This document shows positions 17,796-26,201 of a DNA stretch of 55,628 nucleotides, in pieces. How positions within the stretch are numbered: position 1 is the first letter of the stretch; each line of letters begins with the position of its first letter. The position numbers and the translations under genes were made by a program. This DNA is from a virus (Duplodnaviria > Caudoviricetes), in the IMG/VR virus record IMGVR_UViG_3300049846_001678, positions 1 through 55,628 of that record; one strand, 5' to 3'. Below the pieces are notes generated by a model that was given only the letters and a program-made list of their open reading frames with translations, had not been told where the DNA came from and did no database searches.

Positions 17796-19421
17796 TTGGC
17801 GATTAAAGACTGGTCAACACAATATCCAACGAATTTAGATACGGTGACACAGCAACCGGCCGTCCTGAACAGCGCGGACGTAACACGTGCCTCGCAGATA
17901 AACACGATGCGGGACTGTGTACAAGCTCTTCAAGCCCAGGTTGGCTCGAATAACATCGAGTCCGGGACGCTTCGCGACCGCGTAGCAGACCTAGAGGCGG
18001 CCGTTGGCGCTCTCGGCGACCCGGCAATGCAAACAGGCATTACCGCGTTCGCGGGTGGTGGGCAAGGCAGTGCGACACAGCTTAGCTCGTCTGTCTACTT
18101 TCACTTCGTCGACACCGTAGCCACTCAAGATGACTCTGTTAAATTGCCAGATAATACAACTGGGCAGGCCTATCCTGTCGTTGTGAAGAATAGGGGAGTT
18201 GCTCGTCTTGCTGTCTTTCCGTTTACCGGTGGGGCAATTAATGCGTTAGGGACTAATGTCGCGATAAACTTGCGACCGGAAATGCAACAGTGGTTTATTC
18301 CACAGACTTCGGGTCCTGGCTGGATTACCGTTAATGTCTCCTACGATCTTAAATTGACAGGGGATGCCGATATTGCAGGTAACGTAGTCGTCGGGGGTTT
18401 GACGGCATCGCAGGTCGTAGAAACGAACGGATCGAAACAGCTCGTGAGTGTGGCCTCGACTGGTACGGGAAATATAGTTCGCGCCTCCTCGCCGAGTATA
18501 GCCACTCCAACGCTAACAGGGACAGCGACAGCGGGAAACCTTATTGTAAGCGGGCTGACCGCCTCTCAAGTAGTAGAAACAAACGGCTCTAGCCAGCTCG
18601 TTAGCGTCGCGTCGACGGGTACAGGAAATATTGTACGCGCGTCGTCTCCCAGTATTGCTACACCGACACTTACCGGTTTAACAACAGCAGCATCGATAAC
18701 AGCTAGTGGAACCGTTACTGTGCCACATCTTATTAATGGCACACGCTGGAATAGAGGTTCGACAGACAACATAACAGCCTTTGCTGGGGGTGGGCAGGCT
18801 AGTGCTACACTACTAACAACACCAAATAATACGGTAAAAACATGCGCAACCCATGGAGACTCGGTAAAATTACCCTCACCGACAGCAGACGGGGATACCG
18901 TATGGGTATTAAACAAGGGCGCAAAGGATGTCGCTATTTATCCGCAAACAGGGCACGAAGTTGCTGAAGAAGGAACAAACAATCCATTCTATTTACATGC
19001 CGAATGTCGTATGGGGTTTGTTTGGGAATCTTCTACATTAATTTGGAGACTACATAGTTTTTCTACTATTCGCGTAGATCGCGGCGATACGGGTGCAGTT
19101 GATTTCTCTTCTTTTACATTTGATGGGACATTCCATGATTTAGATTTATCGTCTATTGTTCCACCTTCGGGTAAGAATAGAAATGTTGAGGCTACGTTGC
19201 GTTTTACTGCGACGGCAGTGGGAGAATCGTACTTAAAGACGAAAGGTAATAATAACGGTATTAATCAGCACATCTTTCGCGGTGCCGTTGCGAATGACAG
19301 TATGGCTGGATATGCTATGATGAAATGTAATAGTTCTCGACTTCTAGAGTATCGCTTTCCATCGACGACCTCTTCAGCAAATATTCGTATTCATGCGTAT
19401 TGGGTCCTTTCAGGGGCTTAA
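17796..19421 (+). CDS. Virion fibre-like protein with internal repeats, outside the structural operon
   Basis: AAGGAG RBS with TTG start; YPTNLD...INTMRD..QALQ coiled-coil anchor; G/S/T-rich duplicated modules. Confidence 0.7.
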   Translation: MAIKDWSTQYPTNLDTVTQQPAVLNSADVTRASQINTMRDCVQALQAQVGSNNIESGTLRDRVADLEAAVGALGDPAMQTGITAFAGGGQGSATQLSSSVYFHFVDTVATQDDSVKLPDNTTGQAYPVVVKNRGVARLAVFPFTGGAINALGTNVAINLRPEMQQWFIPQTSGPGWITVNVSYDLKLTGDADIAGNVVVGGLTASQVVETNGSKQLVSVASTGTGNIVRASSPSIATPTLTGTATAGNLIVSGLTASQVVETNGSSQLVSVASTGTGNIVRASSPSIATPTLTGLTTAASITASGTVTVPHLINGTRWNRGSTDNITAFAGGGQASATLLTTPNNTVKTCATHGDSVKLPSPTADGDTVWVLNKGAKDVAIYPQTGHEVAEEGTNNPFYLHAECRMGFVWESSTLIWRLHSFSTIRVDRGDTGAVDFSSFTFDGTFHDLDLSSIVPPSGKNRNVEATLRFTATAVGESYLKTKGNNNGINQHIFRGAVANDSMAGYAMMKCNSSRLLEYRFPSTTSSANIRIHAYWVLSGA

Positions 19422-19441
19422 TAGAGATATTGGGGGAGTGA

Positions 19442-20722
19442 ATGAAAGTTTGGACCGAAGAGAAACTACAGACGGCTAAAAAACTGTGTGCTCAACACAC
19501 TTCTGTTGAAGCCGTACTATCCGCTTTAGAACTTAAATATGATCAGAAATTAGGTATTTCCCAATTTCGAGCCGCTTTTAAAAAGCGATTTGGAAATCTT
19601 CCAACGAAGTATCTGTTAAAACAATTGCCCGTTCATCACGTTCCGGAAGTTCCCCCAAGTGAGAGTCCGATTTTCCTTAAGCGCCGCATTACGCAATTGG
19701 AAAAAGAACTGAAGTTAGCACATACAAACAGCGAGTATGCCGCGATCGTTAAATCTATCTGTCATGGGGGATTACAGCACGAGAATCAACAACCAGCGTG
19801 GATTGTCCCGGAAAAGAATGCCCATCCCCGTCATGGAACCCCTACCCTTCTTATAAGCGACATTCATCACGGTGAAACGGTCGTACCGGGGGAGGTAAAC
19901 TTCGCTAACAAATTCGATCTAGATATTTCCCGGACACGCATTAAGCGCGTCTTTCAACGCAGCATCTATTTGACGGACACAGTTTTGACCCCCTGCGATT
20001 ATGACGGTATCTATCTAGTTTTAGGGGGGGACATTTTAAGTGGCAACATTCACGAGGAATTGCGGGAAACAAACCAGGTTGGTGTAGCGGAGGCCATGTT
20101 AGATGTAGCAGATTGCCTAGAAAACGGTATAAAACTTCTTCAGGAACGCTTCCGGGTAGTCAATGTGCCTTGTGTCGTCGGCAATCATGCCCGCTTCGAT
20201 AAGAAACCGCGCTATAAGAAGGGTCCGTCGGATAACTTTGAGTACATTCTGTACCATCTGCTGAAGGCTCGTTTTAAGGACAATCCGAATGTCCATATAC
20301 ACGTCAGCGACTCCTTCACCGCGTTCTATACCGTCAATGGTACGCGTTATATGCTGACCCACGGCGACGAGTTCAAGGGCGGCTCCGGTATTGCCGGTCC
20401 CGCGACTCCTTGGGCACTCGGTGACCACAAACTACGCAAACAACTGGCCTCAATGGAGCGATGGACCGGGCGCGCACATGAATACGACGTTCTTGTTTTC
20501 TGCCATTTCCATCAGTTGACGTTCATGGACAATATTATTGTAAACGGGTCGATAAAGGGTTTTGACGAGTTCTGTAAAAAGAACAACTACCCGTTTCAGT
20601 TGCCCATGCAGGCCTTTTGGTTTACAACGCAGGATCGCGGCATCACACTGCCGATGCGTATCTTCGCCGAAGACCCGCCGAACGTATCTCGGGCCACTAA
20701 ATTAGAGGGTTGGACGAAATGA
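19442..20722 (+). CDS. Metallophosphoesterase-superfamily protein (putative nuclease)
   Basis: SDIHHGE, GGD, GNH, THGD, CHFH, VNGS. Confidence 0.85.
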   Translation: MKVWTEEKLQTAKKLCAQHTSVEAVLSALELKYDQKLGISQFRAAFKKRFGNLPTKYLLKQLPVHHVPEVPPSESPIFLKRRITQLEKELKLAHTNSEYAAIVKSICHGGLQHENQQPAWIVPEKNAHPRHGTPTLLISDIHHGETVVPGEVNFANKFDLDISRTRIKRVFQRSIYLTDTVLTPCDYDGIYLVLGGDILSGNIHEELRETNQVGVAEAMLDVADCLENGIKLLQERFRVVNVPCVVGNHARFDKKPRYKKGPSDNFEYILYHLLKARFKDNPNVHIHVSDSFTAFYTVNGTRYMLTHGDEFKGGSGIAGPATPWALGDHKLRKQLASMERWTGRAHEYDVLVFCHFHQLTFMDNIIVNGSIKGFDEFCKKNNYPFQLPMQAFWFTTQDRGITLPMRIFAEDPPNVSRATKLEGWTK

Positions 20723-20991
20723 ACTGGCAGCCGCTAGTGGAATGGCTGGGGGTGGTCGGCAGCGCAATGCTGGCTGTTTGCGCACTACCGCTGGTCGTCG
20801 ATGTTGTCCGTAACCGCACGGCTCGAGCAATCCCCTGGCTATTTCTGCTCTCCTGGGGCGTTGGCGAGATTTACGTCGGCATATATGGGTTGTTTTATTG
20901 GCTAAAGCCCGTCCTTCTTAATGTAACGTTTAACCTGTTGGCTGTTTTTATCATTCTTTACTATAAGGTCGGCGATGTCGGTCGCAAATAA
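20719..20991 (+). CDS. SemiSWEET/PQ-loop-like three-TM protein
   Basis: LGVVGSAMLAVCALP, three TM segments, IYG...PVLLN...LYYK. Confidence 0.7.
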   Translation: MNWQPLVEWLGVVGSAMLAVCALPLVVDVVRNRTARAIPWLFLLSWGVGEIYVGIYGLFYWLKPVLLNVTFNLLAVFIILYYKVGDVGRK

Positions 20992-21541
20992 GCAACTTCC
21001 CGCTTTGTTAGACCTGAAAGAGAAAAAGACTCTTACGGAGTTGAAGGTCGACCAGCGCGTGGAAGAGATTATGCTCATGGTAACGCATGGTATCTCGACG
21101 ACCAGGATTGTTAAGGATATCCGGGAAAAGTATAACGTTTCTCGGAACACGGCGGATAGCTACTTGGCTAAAGCCATGATGGAACTGGCGGCGCATACCC
21201 GTACCTATAGTGTCGATACCTGGGTTGCTAAAAGGCGTTCACAGCTAGAGGCCATTCTCGAGGCGTGCATGATTGAGAAAGACTACAAGACGGCCCTTGC
21301 AGCTATCGGTAAGTTGGTCGAGTTAGACGTTCCGCCGAATGCTCAGCAGCATTCCGTTACTGTGACGACACGTCACGCCGCCCTATCCCCAGAAGAGAAG
21401 TCTGAGCGTCTTAGGATGCTGTTAAATGAGCGACAGAAGTTTATTGACGCTACCTATACGGTAGAGGACGAAGAAAAACACAAGGAAGTCTACGAACAGG
21501 CAAAAGAAGAGTTTGGGTACACAGATGAAGGGGTTTCTTGA
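20975..21541 (+). CDS. Putative terminase small subunit (HTH protein)
   Basis: HTH GISTTRIV...VSRNTADSYL, DYKTALAAIGKL helices, LSPEE tail. Confidence 0.5.
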   Translation: MSVANKQLPALLDLKEKKTLTELKVDQRVEEIMLMVTHGISTTRIVKDIREKYNVSRNTADSYLAKAMMELAAHTRTYSVDTWVAKRRSQLEAILEACMIEKDYKTALAAIGKLVELDVPPNAQQHSVTVTTRHAALSPEEKSERLRMLLNERQKFIDATYTVEDEEKHKEVYEQAKEEFGYTDEGVS

Positions 21542-21566
21542 CTTGTACTACATCGGCATACATAAT
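21538..21566 (+). promoter_or_regulatory. sigma70-type promoter driving hairpin RNA
   Basis: TTGACT-17-CATAAT; predicted start site coincides with base of hairpin. Confidence 0.7.
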
Positions 21567-21570
21567 ATCT

Positions 21571-21654
21571 GTGAGGGCCCGGTTTCATCGCTGCGTCGTC
21601 TGTGTCCCCCCACAACCCCCATACGCAACGCGATTACCGGAGCCCTCACTTTTT
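21571..21654 (+). ncRNA. Candidate small RNA or attenuator: 23-bp interrupted stem, C-rich loop, T5 tail
   Basis: GTGAGGGC/GCCCTCAC, CCGGT/ACCGG, ATCGC/GCGAT, TGCGT/ACGCA; loop TGTGTCCCCCCACAACCCCC. Confidence 0.65.
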
Positions 21655-21670
21655 ATCACATGGGGGACAA

Positions 21671-21961
21671 ATGAAACGGGTAACTAAGAAAAAGGATGTT
21701 TGGAAGGTCGGCGATAACCTCGTCTTAACGATGACCGGTGGAATGCCTGTTGCTGTTAAAGACCAGACGCTGGCTGTGATCGTCGACGGGCAGAAGAAAT
21801 TTCCTAGGCTTTTTGAGGAAATGATTTGCCGCGTTGGCTACAGATCGCTGTCTGAGGACTTCGTCTGCGTCGATTGGCCCAACAATTCGGAATTACCGAA
21901 GGGTTACTATAGTCGATATCGGTTTGTAAAATTGAATCTGGATGGGTTAGACTTGCATTAA
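21671..21961 (+). CDS. Hypothetical protein
   Basis: GGGGGACAA-ATG at 21671. Confidence 0.7.
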   Translation: MKRVTKKKDVWKVGDNLVLTMTGGMPVAVKDQTLAVIVDGQKKFPRLFEEMICRVGYRSLSEDFVCVDWPNNSELPKGYYSRYRFVKLNLDGLDLH

Positions 21962-22230
21962 TGACCGACGCAGACTTGGCGAATGTGAAAATACTCGAAT
22001 TTAAACCGAACGCTCGATATGCCGTAGTTTTAGACAAGACCGAAATGATTCTTTTCATGACGTTAGACGAAACTGTGCGTTTCGTACACAAGTTGGGGAT
22101 TGAGCCGCATATGATTGATTCCCACGTATTTAAGATCAATCTGTCGCACACAACGGACAATGAGCGGTCGTATATTGATGGCTATGTAACGGCCATGAAG
22201 GAAAACAATGCAAATACCAAAAGACCTTAA
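21961..22230 (+). CDS. Hypothetical protein
   Basis: TAATG coupling to upstream ORF. Confidence 0.65.
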   Translation: MTDADLANVKILEFKPNARYAVVLDKTEMILFMTLDETVRFVHKLGIEPHMIDSHVFKINLSHTTDNERSYIDGYVTAMKENNANTKRP

Positions 22231-22729
22231 AAAACAGCTAGATGCACAGGGAGTTCGGGTTGTGGAAAAAGCCGGGTGGTTTTGGAACACACTGCACTGG
22301 TGTGTCATTATTTTTACGTTCGGCGCCAATAGACGATTCCGGGACGGGTTTGTTACAACACTGGGGGCGACGATTGCGGTGCCACCAGGTAGAAAATGGA
22401 CAGAGGACCTACGAACAACAATAGAGCACGAAATGGTGCATGTTGGGCAGTTCCGAAAGATGGGTTTAGGCAGTGCCTACCTGGGCATACTGCCTGGGTT
22501 CTTTTGGTATATCCTTTTTCCTTTGCCAATTGGGTTCTGCTGGGGGCGTTGGCAAATGGAACGTTGGGCCTATCTTGTGAATATCCGCGCCTGTAAAACT
22601 AAGACTCATCGGGAATACGCGATAGCGCACGTTGTGCGGAACATGACCACATCCGCCTACGGATGGCCACTACCCCCGTTCAAGTGGGCAAAAAGATACA
22701 TAGAAAACTGGTTGCGTTTGCATATATAA
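22208..22729 (+). CDS. Membrane-associated HExxH metallopeptidase-like protein (DUF4157-like)
   Basis: VTTLGATI, HEMVHVGQ, ME..AY, hydrophobic segments. Confidence 0.65.
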   Translation: MQIPKDLKKQLDAQGVRVVEKAGWFWNTLHWCVIIFTFGANRRFRDGFVTTLGATIAVPPGRKWTEDLRTTIEHEMVHVGQFRKMGLGSAYLGILPGFFWYILFPLPIGFCWGRWQMERWAYLVNIRACKTKTHREYAIAHVVRNMTTSAYGWPLPPFKWAKRYIENWLRLHI

Positions 22730-22751
22730 TTAAAGAACAAAAGGGGGCACT

Positions 22752-22958
22752 ATGGTTACCACATTAACACTTCTCGTCGCTACCGGGGCAATTATAATTG
22801 GCAAAAACTTGCCAAAGAAAAAAGCTCGTCCACAACGGCGTGCCGTCGGTCGGGACATCACTTACGGGAACTATGTTCCACATAGTGTAATTATGAAGAA
22901 ACGGGAATCGAGCGATATTTGGATGCTCGAGAGGGAGGTTCGTCATCTTGATAAATAA
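22752..22958 (+). CDS. Small membrane-anchored protein
   Basis: GGGGGCAC RBS; N-terminal hydrophobic helix. Confidence 0.6.
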   Translation: MVTTLTLLVATGAIIIGKNLPKKKARPQRRAVGRDITYGNYVPHSVIMKKRESSDIWMLEREVRHLDK

Positions 22959-23295
22959 CCTGACAGACAGACAAAAATTAAATATGATCAAGAGTATACT
23001 GCAACCGTCTCTGCTTGAAATGATCAAGCAGTTTGGTCCGCTGCCGGTGTTCTTTGGGTTGTTAGAGTGTGTTTCGGAATTGGCTGTTGCAGGCGGGATG
23101 AAAAAGTCATATTTGACGCGGCAGGTGGGCAAGGTTTATGTGGCCATGCGCGCACACGCGTCGCAAGTACCAATAAGGAAGGACGAGGAAGTATGCCAAA
23201 CAAACGAAGTATCGTCGGAGCCCTCTGCGCAATTACATTTGCCCTCGGAGGGTGCGCCCATCAACCCAAGTACGACGGAGACACCGGATTCATAA
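22948..23295 (+). CDS. Hypothetical protein
   Basis: GGGAGG RBS, TTG start. Confidence 0.55.
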   Translation: MINNLTDRQKLNMIKSILQPSLLEMIKQFGPLPVFFGLLECVSELAVAGGMKKSYLTRQVGKVYVAMRAHASQVPIRKDEEVCQTNEVSSEPSAQLHLPSEGAPINPSTTETPDS

Positions 23296-23792
23296 TTAAG
23301 AAAGAAAAGGAACTGACGTTCGATCTGCGCCTTCTACCGATCGTCGTTTATATCGATCCGGAGTTGCCGGTCGATTGTTATGCGGCGTTAGTAGAGGCGA
23401 TTACCGAGATGAACATAATCGTCGGGCGAACCGTGTTTCTTATGCCCAGGGTTCCGGAATCTCCGGATACCTTCGATGGGTTTAACGGAGCTGGTGCAGT
23501 GTTTGTAACACAGACCCGAGGCGACCAGTCTCGTGGCCTGACGCGGCATTTTATTGATGCCACAGCGATGACAATTGTTAATGCAATTGTTTGGCTACCG
23601 GCGACCGGCGTATATCGTGCAGATCTCCAGTTTGCGCTGCACGAGCTGGGGCATGTCCTTGGGTTAGAGCATGATGAAATTCGAGAGAGCCTGATGTATA
23701 AGGAATTGTTGGGACCGGGAAAAACAGCGGTTCCACAAGACCTGACGGTAAAGGACCGTGCCCTGTTGCGTGATACATACGGTCGTAAGTAG
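23193..23792 (+). CDS. Lipoprotein matrixin (M10-like metzincin) protease
   Basis: Lipobox ALGGC; HELGHVLGLEH zinc motif; Met-turn SLMY; GAGG RBS. Confidence 0.85.
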   Translation: MPNKRSIVGALCAITFALGGCAHQPKYDGDTGFIIKKEKELTFDLRLLPIVVYIDPELPVDCYAALVEAITEMNIIVGRTVFLMPRVPESPDTFDGFNGAGAVFVTQTRGDQSRGLTRHFIDATAMTIVNAIVWLPATGVYRADLQFALHELGHVLGLEHDEIRESLMYKELLGPGKTAVPQDLTVKDRALLRDTYGRK

Positions 23793-23809
23793 TTCGGTTC
23801 GGGGGGACA

Positions 23810-26161
23810 ATGAAAGAGTTTCTTTTATTTCCAGGTCGTGGTGTCTTAGGACGTTCCGATATTGGCCTTCCGGTACGCCTAGTATTTGGTCCGGGGGCGA
23901 CGGACAAAGATATCTTCATTCTCAAGTCCCACATACAGAACATTCATAAAAGAAAGTCGTTTGTCGAGCGTGCGCCATCGTCTACGGCGCGAAGTGTCAG
24001 CATTATTGTCGGAGAGTCGGCAATATTACAAGAACTTGGGCGTAAACTAAAGATAGACAACACGCGACGGGGTCTTGTTTGGCAAGAGACGGTGGCTGGG
24101 AGAGCGCCGGCATTCTGGGTGCACGATCAGGAAAAAGCTCGGTCAAATCGCTTCTTTGGCGAAGAATTTACATCCGATATCGCTTACGCCGTGAAGTACA
24201 AGGAGGATGCGCCGCATTATGCGAACCGGTTTTATACGGTCGAGACGGCTGAAGACGCTGCCTTTGTCGACCAACGACTGCGTTCGTCGCCTTGGTGCGC
24301 GTACGACTGCGAAACAGCTGGCGTAGTTTACTCCGATTACTTTGAAATTCATTGTTTGGCGGTTTCCACGGCACACGGGGAGACCTATGTATGGAAAAAG
24401 GATGCTTTGCAGAAACCAGAAATAACGGCAACACTGCTTTCTTGGTTTTGCGATCCTACGTGTAAGAAGGTCGGACACAATATCAAATTTGATATGCACG
24501 CGGTCCAGGGGTTCTTTGGGGTACCAGTTCGGGGATTTCACAGCGACACGCGACTTCGTCGTAAGCTGCTACATGCCGATGCGGAGTCGTCTTTGGAGAT
24601 ATGCAGCGACCTAGTCGGTATGGGCGGGTATAAACAGGAGTTTGAGGTATCTCTAGCGGAGGCAAAGCAGGCCATTAAACAGGCGCGTTCTAAGGTCGGA
24701 CAGGAGATGATGAAACTGGTTGATTTGTCCGACCATACCGCCTTACAGCAGGCTGTTAGTAACCCGAAAGCAAAGGCGGAGGTCTACGCGTACGCCCTCG
24801 TCGACGACAAAACGACAGCTTTGTACTGCGCACGAGACGCCTATACGACGGCTCTTCTTGAACGCAAGTTATCATCAGATCTGGTCGAGCAACCACATCT
24901 TATGAATGTTTGGGAGAATGTGGTGTCGAAGGCCGCGCCGGCCATCCAACAAATAGAGGCGGGCGGCGTTATGATGGATACCGCAGCCATGGAGGAGTTG
25001 CGGGTCTATCTTAACCAACAACGGGAAGGATTGCGTTCAACGCTTCGCGCGCGCGGGCTCGAGGAACCAGACTCGTCGAAGCAAGTTTCCGAATACCTGT
25101 TTGACGAATTGGAGCTGAAACCGACGAAAATTAGCGAAAAAACGAACCGCCCAAGTACGGGAGCGAGCGTTCTTAAAGCCCTTCAGGGGCAGTCTGAAGA
25201 CGCGGCAATGCTGCTAGAGTATCGACGCCTTTCTAAATTGGCCGATGCCTACGGCGAAAGCTTGCCTAAACATATCCGCAAAGATGGGCGCATTCATCCG
25301 GAATTTGTCGTTGACGGGACACGAACCGGGCGGATGTCTTGTCGGAATCCGAACCTCCAGCAAGTTCCCAAGTCCGAGAGCCAGGAAGGGAAGTTGTTAA
25401 AAAACTGCTTCGTCGCCCCGCCCGGTAAGCTTCTGATTGAACTCGACTATAGCCAGATGGAAATGCGTGTTGCGGCCATGCTTAGCGGCGACCAGGTTAT
25501 GGCGGATATGTTCGCTACGGGCGAGGATTTTCACCTTTCAACGGCCAAACTAATCGCTAAACCAATGTGGGGAATGAATCCGGAGGATATAGTTAAGTCA
25601 TCACCCCAGCGAAATGCAGCAAAGCAGTTTAATTTCGGACTCTTATACGGTATGACGGTCAACGGTCTGGCACAGCGCATCAAATGTGAACGTTCGGAAG
25701 CGCAAAAGTTACGGACGGTCATATTCGGCGAATGGCGTGCGTTGGCCGCGTGGCTGGACGAACAGAAGCAGCAGGCAGTAGAAACCGGCCGTATTTTCAC
25801 TCAGTGGAACGGGAAAGCGGCACGTATTCGGTACGTTCCTGGGATTCTTAGTTCAGACGGGCTAACCGCCTTTAAGGCGCGTAATGCGGCCATAAACACA
25901 CCAGTTCAAGGGACAGCTAGTGACTACTGTTTGGCGAGTGTGGCTCGGATCGTTGACGGTTTACGAGATAATCGGTTACCGGCACAGGTTGTGCTAACCG
26001 TACACGACAGTATCATTATCGAAGCCGAAGAAACCGCAGTTTTAGATGTTGCAAAATTTGCAAAGACTGCGATGTTAGAGTGGCCCTCTGGAATTGTACA
26101 ATTTCAGGTCGATGTTAAGGCGGGGCCGCGATGGGGTTCGATGGAAGAACTCCATGTTTGA
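23810..26161 (+). CDS. polA: Family A DNA polymerase with 3'-5' exonuclease and degenerate N-terminal domain
   Basis: Exo DCET, GHNIKFD, YCARD; TGRMSCRNPNLQQ, DYSQMEMR, RNAAKQFNFGLLYG, VHDS. Confidence 0.97.
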   Translation: MKEFLLFPGRGVLGRSDIGLPVRLVFGPGATDKDIFILKSHIQNIHKRKSFVERAPSSTARSVSIIVGESAILQELGRKLKIDNTRRGLVWQETVAGRAPAFWVHDQEKARSNRFFGEEFTSDIAYAVKYKEDAPHYANRFYTVETAEDAAFVDQRLRSSPWCAYDCETAGVVYSDYFEIHCLAVSTAHGETYVWKKDALQKPEITATLLSWFCDPTCKKVGHNIKFDMHAVQGFFGVPVRGFHSDTRLRRKLLHADAESSLEICSDLVGMGGYKQEFEVSLAEAKQAIKQARSKVGQEMMKLVDLSDHTALQQAVSNPKAKAEVYAYALVDDKTTALYCARDAYTTALLERKLSSDLVEQPHLMNVWENVVSKAAPAIQQIEAGGVMMDTAAMEELRVYLNQQREGLRSTLRARGLEEPDSSKQVSEYLFDELELKPTKISEKTNRPSTGASVLKALQGQSEDAAMLLEYRRLSKLADAYGESLPKHIRKDGRIHPEFVVDGTRTGRMSCRNPNLQQVPKSESQEGKLLKNCFVAPPGKLLIELDYSQMEMRVAAMLSGDQVMADMFATGEDFHLSTAKLIAKPMWGMNPEDIVKSSPQRNAAKQFNFGLLYGMTVNGLAQRIKCERSEAQKLRTVIFGEWRALAAWLDEQKQQAVETGRIFTQWNGKAARIRYVPGILSSDGLTAFKARNAAINTPVQGTASDYCLASVARIVDGLRDNRLPAQVVLTVHDSIIIEAEETAVLDVAKFAKTAMLEWPSGIVQFQVDVKAGPRWGSMEELHV

Positions 26162-26186
26162 CAGATGTAAGCGTTAGTCCTACACT
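26158..26186 (+). promoter_or_regulatory. sigma70-type promoter for terminase/portal
   Basis: TTGACA-17-TACACT. Confidence 0.7.
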
Positions 26187-26201
26187 AATATCACGGCACA
26201 G

